A stretch of 64,000 nt of DNA, from NCBI GenBank assembly GCA_951406725.2, contig OX597819.1, positions 99,820,001-99,884,000 of the forward strand, in the 5' to 3' direction. The DNA comes from Octopus vulgaris (lineage: Eukaryota). The notes beneath the pieces were generated by a model. The model saw only the letters and a list, made by a program, of their open reading frames with translations. It was not told the DNA's origin and did not search any database. The position numbers were made by a program, and so were the translations under genes. Of the stretch, positions 56,090 to 64,000 are shown in pieces (the stretch's first letter is position 1; each line of letters starts with the position of its first letter).

Positions 56090-56575
56090 GTCTTAGGAAA
56101 CCTTTTTTACCATAGCTTGCAATTGACTCAAACTGGTAATTGCCTGAGATGCGCGCAGACCGACGAAACCGTACTGAACGTACTGGCAGTGTCTGGGCAT
56201 TACTGCCTTGCAGATTTATGCCGAACCGCTATTGATGTATGTCAGACGGCGTGGATGTCGGCCAGCTCCAATGCAAAGATCACCGTATATCTTTCATTTA
56301 ATAGGGCAGATTTTTTTGTATATGATTGCGACACCAAAAGAGGCAACGCAGTTGACCATGCAGAAATGGAGGAGAGATTGTTCCTTCTTCGATGAAGCCC
56401 TGAAATTTCTTTTTTATATTGTATTTGGAAAGGTAAGTGAGGGAGGAGAGGGAAGTGTGATGACTATGGCCAAAATGGTTAGTGCGAATAGAACTATTCT
56501 AAAGTTGCGTGTGTATTTTGAAGAAAATAGATACGAGATTGCTTGTGCCCCTGGTTAAAATAATCTTGTATATAT
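56090..56575 (+). mobile_element. 3' end of a Tx1/L1-type LINE
   Basis: TGNCLRCAQTDETVLNVL (decayed CxxC...ET..H...C knuckle) followed by frameshifted C-terminal sequence. Confidence 0.55.
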
Positions 56576-56946
56576 GAGTTTCCTTACTTATTTCTAGTTT
56601 GAGGCTGTACTATATAAGGATGTTTATAAGAGACATGTATTCATATATTTTGGTATATTGTGTGTGCTTATCGTGTTATCTTTCCTACCCAGTTTTCTTT
56701 TTCATCTAATTTCATGTAAATCCCAACATCATTGCATTCTCTCTTCGTAAAGATCCCTATATCGACTTCCTCTGTAGCAAATAAAAGTCATCATGTACTC
56801 TTTCCGAAAATATCCCACAAAGGCGAGAATAGTCTATCTTACAGAAATCATCAAGGTTTCGTCTACAGTATCCAGCTGTTCAAACTTGTACGCTGAACTT
56901 TGTTGCACCACTTACGGCAGATTTTTTCATCCAACCAGGGTAACTT

Positions 56947-56997
<51 letters not shown>

Positions 56998-58164
56998 AAG
57001 TAATATTCGTAGCCCTTTTAACATGGCGGTCCGTTCGAGCGGACTCTACTGCGATTTTTTAACCTCAAGAGAACATCTCTAGCTGGTTAACGATGCACAG
57101 CTGCATCTGATAAAACTGCGAGCAGGGGAGCGAAACCCTACATTCTCCTAGTGAAGGGACCAGTAGATAAGTCCTGGTTTCGGGCTATTTCTGCCACTCC
57201 TAGGTACTGGACACCTCGTCTGCCAAATATATATTCATTATTATGATAATATTCATCGGAGATAGAGAGGACACTACAGGACATCACAAACAAAATGTGT
57301 TAACGGGTTCATAAATGACTTCTAAAAATATGATGACGTGTATACATTTAATTAAAAAACATTTTAAACCTTCGCCGTGAAGTCCACCGGCTACACCGTA
57401 TTGCATTATATTTTTAGCTTGGGAAGGGGCTGCATGAATACAGCTTCCTCCTCATCCTTTTCTTCTGCGGTGTAGCCGCTGAACAAACCATAAAACTTTA
57501 GCCACCCATCTTTTGTTAACATCACTGATGTCATCTGAGTACCTGTTTTTTTAATTCCGTGAATAAGTCCACCTCCATTCTACCAATTCTAGTGTGACGT
57601 GACATGTCTTTTCTAGAGCTTTATAGTGAGCTCGGATTACCTTATTATTGTAATTAAAATAAATAATTCTGCCAGAGATGATAACAGCTCGCTTCTGCAC
57701 GCAATATATATACTTCAAGAGAACGCACAGTCACTGATTTTGCAACAAGCAGGCAATAGAGTCCACTGGAACGGAAACCATGTTAAAGTGGCTACGAGTA
57801 TTACTCGTCAGTACAACTACTGCGTTGATTTCTTGGGGAGATTTTAGGACTAGCATTTTTGCTTTCACATATATATATATATATATATAACATAAAGGTG
57901 TCAGATCTTGTTTACACGTGGTTGTAGATATTTAAGAAAGAAAAATATGTAAAAACGCACAGGAAGTTTGTATAATAAAATTTAGGCTAATATTAAGATC
58001 ATAATGAAACAAAGAGTTGTGTTACAACATTATATAATAAACTAGAAGTACCAATTTCGCGTCTTACACTTATCAATCTTCCAAGCTCTCAGATTTCAGT
58101 ACGGAGAGAATTTTTGTTAAAGCATGGGGACGCCATTTTTGTTGTTGGCAATAAATTATTCCCA

Positions 58165-58383
58165 TCAGTTGACTGCAGCCATGCTGGAGCACCGCCTTTA
58201 GTCGAGCAAATCCACTCCGGGACTTATTCTTTGTAAGCCTAGTACTTATTCTATCGGTCGCTTTTATCGAACTGCTAGATTACGGGGACGTAAACACACC
58301 AGCATCGGTTGTCAAGGGATTTTGGGGGACAAACACAGACACAAACATATACACACAAATACATACATACGTACATACATACA

Positions 58384-58417
<34 letters not shown>

Positions 58418-58467
58418 CATACATACATACATGCATACATACATTCATATATATATATATATATATA
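58165..58467 (-). mobile_element. Family-B SINE, 3' half only
   Basis: gactgcagccatgctggagcaccgcctttagtcgagc...; truncated at its internal microsatellite by the adjacent element. Confidence 0.85.
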
Positions 58468-59009
58468 CGAGCAAAACGACCCCCGTCCAATGGATGGTGT
58501 CAAACATTTAAACCAAATTTTCTCAAAACAACTTGTCCGACCGTCCCATAAGCCTCCCCTTTGAGAAACACTAATTTAACCTAAATTTGAGACACCAGCA
58601 AAAGAAGAAATAAAGATAGACTTTTTTCTATTCAAAACAAAAACGATTTTATTCACACAAGTATGCAACCGAAGAGTTTAAAGTACCAGTAATGATAAGG
58701 CTGTTGACTGGCAGAACACAAACATGGTTTAAACAATAAGCTTGGCAGGAAAGAAATGTTCCTTTGAGCAGTACAAAAACAGCAAAAAATGGAAGGTGCA
58801 GTTATGTACGGTTGACAGAAGTAAAGCAAGACAAAAACTGCTTTATCGATCGCATTCTACCTGGAATCGATTTTTGTAATTTTTTTCAAGACTTATACAC
58901 GCCCTGATACCGTCGGTATCTACATATCAAATTTGAGCGCAATCGGATGGAGGATGCCCGAGATCCTAGAAGACACCAAATCCACAAACAGAACAGATTT
59001 TATATAAGA
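58468..59009 (-). mobile_element. Non-autonomous Helitron-like element
   Basis: Minus strand starts A|TCTTATATAAAATCTG and ends with hairpin gacaccatccattggacgggggtc then CTCG|T (cf. CTAG|T); subterminal aaatttgagcgcaatcgg. Confidence 0.6.
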
Positions 59010-59105
59010 TATATATACACATATAAAATAAAAGCAGCTCTACTATAATAAATATTATTAACCACATATACTTAGAGTATATACTTCGTGTATTTTCCGC
59101 TGACT

Positions 59106-59297
59106 GCAAGAACGTTGTAGAGTATATACACTTTCAAGGTACCGGGTATTAAAACAACGCCGAGGCATGACAGGCGAAATAACTCACCCTCAATCGCATC
59201 CCTTCTAAATGGGATTGAGGGTGAGTTACCTCGCATGTGTATGACTTCTTTCATCAACTGGCGCTTTGAAATTGTATATACTCTACCATGTTATTGC
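59106..59297. repeat. ~190-bp foldback with a 20-bp central stem
   Basis: taactcaccctcaatcgcat (59180) / atgggattgagggtgagtta (ending 59228); outer arms gtagagtatatacactttcaagg / ctttgaaattgtatatactctac. Confidence 0.8.
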
Positions 59298-60189
59298 TGC
59301 CAACGTAATATGTTCTCTTTGATGTTAAGTGTCGTTCGTTGTGGTTTTGTTAGGAAAGTCCTCTTTTTCGGTTTATTAAAACCGAAAGTGCTTGAATCTA
59401 AAACTTCAGTTTGCTACGGCTGGAATTGTAAGTATGTTAATTTTACAGGTAATGCTCTTGTCGTTGAAATGAATTTCAAGAGTAGTTTTGACTTTCGAAT
59501 TCCCATTTTCATTCTTATTCGCTCAGCTTTCGCGCAATTTTAACTTCATTTATGTTCAATTACATACAGAAAGTGATATTGTCTTACTTTGCATGATTTC
59601 CCATTCGTACAGTTACAAACCAACAGCATGGTTTGCTAATTTACGTCGTTTTATTATCCTCTTCTTGCATTCATCCAGCCTAAATATCATCATAAAATTG
59701 CTGCGAAATTACTTGCCTTTCATGTAGAGACATCATCAATATTTGCAGCATATGGTTAAGGTTATTCATGAAAAGGTGATGGCAGATGAGTCTGAAATTC
59801 AATTTCCTTACGTCATACTCCTAACTGGTTTTCTATTAGCTAACACAAAGGCAACGATCATAGAAGAAAATGAAAACCACAGGTACTATCACGTTAAAAT
59901 ATTCCTGGCTTAGATAGTCATATGACACAGGAGCTTAGTCATAATGTTTCCTGTTACTGAATGAGAACTATCTACAAAGTCTTCATTTTTTATATATTTC
60001 ATCGTTTCAGTTAATCATGGTATTTGCTAGGGCGCATACTTTAAGACACAAGGAAAGAAAACCGTTCAATTGGTCTGGATTGCACATGTCCAAAGTAATG
60101 TCAGATCCACATTTCGCTTATTGACAGATTCGGAGTGTCATATACAACTTAATTCCATGAACATGTGTGCTATAACTTACAACGACATT

Positions 60190-60560
60190 TGCTCACTGAT
60201 CAGAGTGAATGACCACCTTGTGTCCTAGTGACCATAGATTAACTACTGCAGCACTTTGCATCCCCCGAGAATCTAGGTTTGCATATGCTGACGATGTCAT
60301 CGTAATAGTGCTTGTTGGGCATCAAATACATCGCGTTGATTGTTTCTACACTAATGGAATACGAGGTCGTGACAGGGGTAAAAATTACCCAGAAGTCGTT
60401 TGGCCTGCAGCCCGCTACCTGACGAGGAATGTTTTGAGGTGCTAGATGGACAGACCAGTTAAATAGTTCGGAGTTTGATTTTGTCCAGAAAATCCAGATG
60501 AACAAGAACTGGAAACAGTTGACATGCGGAGTATCTGGTCTCAGAACTGTGTCGAGAAAA
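60190..60560 (+). mobile_element. Decayed LINE reverse-transcriptase fragment (L1/Tx1-like)
   Basis: FAYADDVIVIV catalytic motif in ORF 60209-60445; the surrounding frame is broken. Confidence 0.55.
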
Positions 60561-62048
60561 AACTATTGAGGATACGAATTGAAATAATCCCATTAATAAA
60601 GATCCGTTGTTTTGTACGTCGCCTACAGTGGAAAAACTGACGGTCAATGAATAAGAATACAAAGAGAAAACAGATGGCCTGATGAAGAGGGGAAAAATTA
60701 AGTGCAGGCATAACTGATCACATTTAATGTGAGATTGTTAACAATATACAAACGGGGATTGAAGTTTTCATTATAAAATAAATTGCAGCAGGAAATCGGT
60801 AAAGACCAAGAAATAGTAATTATAGCGCTTAGAGATCACAGACAGTAAATCTAGAAATAGCTTCAGCTGAAGATAGCTGCCATTACTGTACGGTCAAAGT
60901 TAAATTCAACCAAGATATAATTACTTGACTGGATCAGAATGTTAATTGATCATAATGTTAATAACTACTATATAGAAATATGGAATCCAAGTCCAAATCC
61001 ATTTTCAAAATAAACAACATATTGCAGAATATAACGATGATTTCAGATCGAACAGATCGAAATGTTGGATAAGTAAAAATATCCTGAACGTTGATAATAG
61101 ATGGGTGGTGTTAGAGGATCAGTTTCCTTGAGCGGAGGCATTCGATAACAATCTCTCAATCATTTTAGTTGTATTATGTTAAGCTAAATTATGTAAGGAT
61201 TTATTGTAAACTTTGGCTTTACATACTTGACGAATATGAACAATCATTGATCACAATACTTCGATTATTGTAACCGACCATAACATTTATTCAGAAGTGA
61301 TGTATCAAAATTTCGCTAATTGCAGTCTTTGTCTCCCGTGCAGCTCTCCGACCTCCTGATCCAGTGGAATATTCAAAATGTTATATAACAAGCAGGGAGA
61401 GAGAGCGGGAAAGAGAGAAAGACAGAAAGAAAGAAAGGAAGTGAGAGACAGATAGACAGACAGATACACAGAGAGGGACCCACAAAGAGAGGGTTGTACT
61501 AGGCTTATACTCATTTTCAGCTGAATGTACTGAAGCAATATGAAATGCTGCGCTTTGCTCAAGGACACAACACGCCGCCCGATTACACTGAAACTCTATT
61601 GCAATATTCTAATAAAAACATTTTTGTACAAGAACCAGATATCTATTGGAATTAGTGTATGTTGATGTTAGACGGCTTGTCAAGGCTATCAGGTTTCATT
61701 GCATGAAACATAACATCAGAACATATCACAATAAGATTGTGAAAGCATTAAAGTAATCAGTGTCTAGGACATGACTGTCCACTCAGACAATCAAATTAAA
61801 GAGAATATCTCTTGTATCATTGTGAATGACAGCTTGGAAACACGTTTCCTATAACAAAAATTATCAATCCCCGTGGATTTATTAAGTTTCTTAACAAAAT
61901 ATAAAAGTTACGAACCACATGACATGTAATACAGAGCGATACTCTACGATTCATCAATACCATTCATACAATAGAATATGACGTCCATATTGTGTCCATC
62001 ATTCCTTTTGCAGATTCTAATACATGTATGTATTATTTTATTCTTTCA

Positions 62049-62305
62049 TTCTTTTACTTGTTTCAGTCATTTGACTGCAGCCATGCTGGAGCACTGCCTT
62101 TAGTCGAGCAAATCGACTCCAGGACTTATTCTTTGCAAGCCTAGTACTTATTCCGTCGGATGCTTTTGTCGAAGTGCTAGGTTACGTGGATGTAAACATA
62201 CCAGCATCGGTTGTCAAGCGACGTTGGGGGATAAACACAGACACAAACATATACACACACACACATACATACATGCATACATACATACACACATGCATAT
62301 GTATG

Positions 62306-62337
<32 letters not shown>

Positions 62338-62494
62338 CACGACGGGCTTCTTTCGGTTTCCGTCTACCAAATCCACTCACAAGGCTTTGGTCGGCCCGAG
62401 GCTGTAGTAGAAGACTCTCACCCAAGGTGCCCCGCAGTGAGATGAGAACCTGAAACCATGTGGTTGGTAAGCAAGCTACTTACTACACAGCCGC
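62049..62494 (-). mobile_element. Family-B SINE, near full length
   Basis: ttttacttgtttcagtcatttgactgc...gcaagctacttactacacagcc. Confidence 0.88.
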
Positions 62495-62856
62495 ATTTAC
62501 ATTATATATGAGGAAAAATCAAAACCAAGGCAAAACGACTATCTCAAGTCATGGTGACAGAATAACCAGTGGACATGCTAATCTACCACTTGGGTTATAC
62601 CAGAAAAAGCTGTAAGACATGGAATTCACCTTTGCCGAATTAAATTATTCTAAATGACTTGAGATACTCGTTCTAGCTTGGTTTTGATTTGTCCCCTAAT
62701 ATAATATATACATGCCATAATGGAGACCCAGCATGGATCCCTAGATCCAGTCTTAGCTGTGTTCTTGGAACCTAATGGCCGACCAGCTATAGTATTTATC
62801 CAACGTACCTATTCGTTTAGATCACAAGTAAACTAAACCCCCTCATGTTCTTTTTA

Positions 62857-62965
<109 letters not shown>

Positions 62966-63096
62966 GGTAAAATTCATTAATTAATTAATCAATAAATTAA
63001 TTAATAATTAATCTCTATGGTAGTAGAAAATGCATTTTAACTCCTATTTCTAAATTCGGTGCGTGTTTGAAGTTATTAGCTGACCCCTGAGTATAA

Positions 63097-63149
<53 letters not shown>

Positions 63150-63152
<3 letters not shown>

Positions 63153-63536
63153 GAAATTTAAAAAAAAAGACGAAGACAGGCATATGAACAACAAGCAAGT
63201 GTATTAGTTTCACGCACGAGGAAAATGAAAACGACCTTTAGGTTTCGAGCCTACGCTCTTCAGCAGGCAGGAATAAGATGAAATGAAGAGAGAGAGAGAA
63301 TTTAAAAAATGTGTAGAGTTCAGCGGTCCAACATGGCGTATTAGCCATGTTGTACCGCTGAACTCTGCACGTTTTTTTTACATTCTCTCACTGTTTATTT
63401 ACTCTTATTCCTTTCTGTTGAAGTGCGTAGGCTCGAAACGTAAAAGACATTTTCATTTTTCCCTAGCGTCAAACTAACATACTTGCTTGTTATTCATATA
63501 CCTGTCTCCGTCTTTTGTTTTTCTATAAATTTCAAC
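63150..63536. mobile_element. Head-to-head pair of family H1 elements forming a ~390-bp palindrome
   Basis: Centre gttcagcggtccaacatggc-gtatta-gccatgttgtaccgctgaac; hammerhead-like motifs at 63236-63270 (-) and 63411-63446 (+). Confidence 0.85.
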
Positions 63537-64000
63537 CATATATTATATGCTCACGTGGTTACACCACCTTGATCCTAAATGAACTTCTTACTATTTAGAC
63601 TTGCATATCTTAACCACTTCTCGAACTTTCAGCCCCAGTCCTCATTCACATACTAGCACTCCACCTGCATTACCAATGGATCTACTGACTCTACCTTCAC
63701 GGATTTCACTGGATTGTTTCGTTGATTATATATATATATATATAAGGGAAATGGATATAATATAAGGGAACAGAAGTTATTTATATAAAAGTCAAGTCAA
63801 GTGAAAGACAAGGTAAACACATATATGAATAAGTAAAAAAAATTCTGAAGTTAAATTAGTTTCTGGCTATCTCAATCGCAACTGTGCCTCTAATTTTTAC
63901 AGCTAATAGTTGTTGTTTGTTTGTTCCTTCTCGATCCATGCCTGGCTCATAAGGGCTGGTTTCCAGGTTTCCTTGGCGTATAGGTTCCCCACCTGGACGG

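Overview
Eukaryotic, AT-rich DNA saturated with microsatellites. The SINE families and repeat landscape suggest a coleoid cephalopod, probably Octopus (inference from recognition, no search run). One host gene is supportable: the first two coding exons (23556-23899 and 46449-46622, + strand, phase-compatible, 22.5-kb intron) of an apparently secreted serine beta-lactamase-family protein with an intact SxxK motif. A decayed partial duplicate of exon 2 follows it, and the rest of the gene was not found in the window. The remainder is transposon-derived: Helitron ends, a tandem array of R4/Dong-like retrotransposons in (TAA)n that includes a ~2.8-kb tandem duplication, mariner and Tigger derivatives, CR1/Tx1/RTE relics, three tRNA-derived SINE families and Penelope-like element (PLE) relics. 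The most unusual signal is a set of at least five different short repeat types carrying minimal type-I hammerhead-ribozyme-like folds with canonical or variant cores (A6U; C3U/G8A), often in inverted pairs. Nearly all ORFs in the supplied track are microsatellite artefacts.
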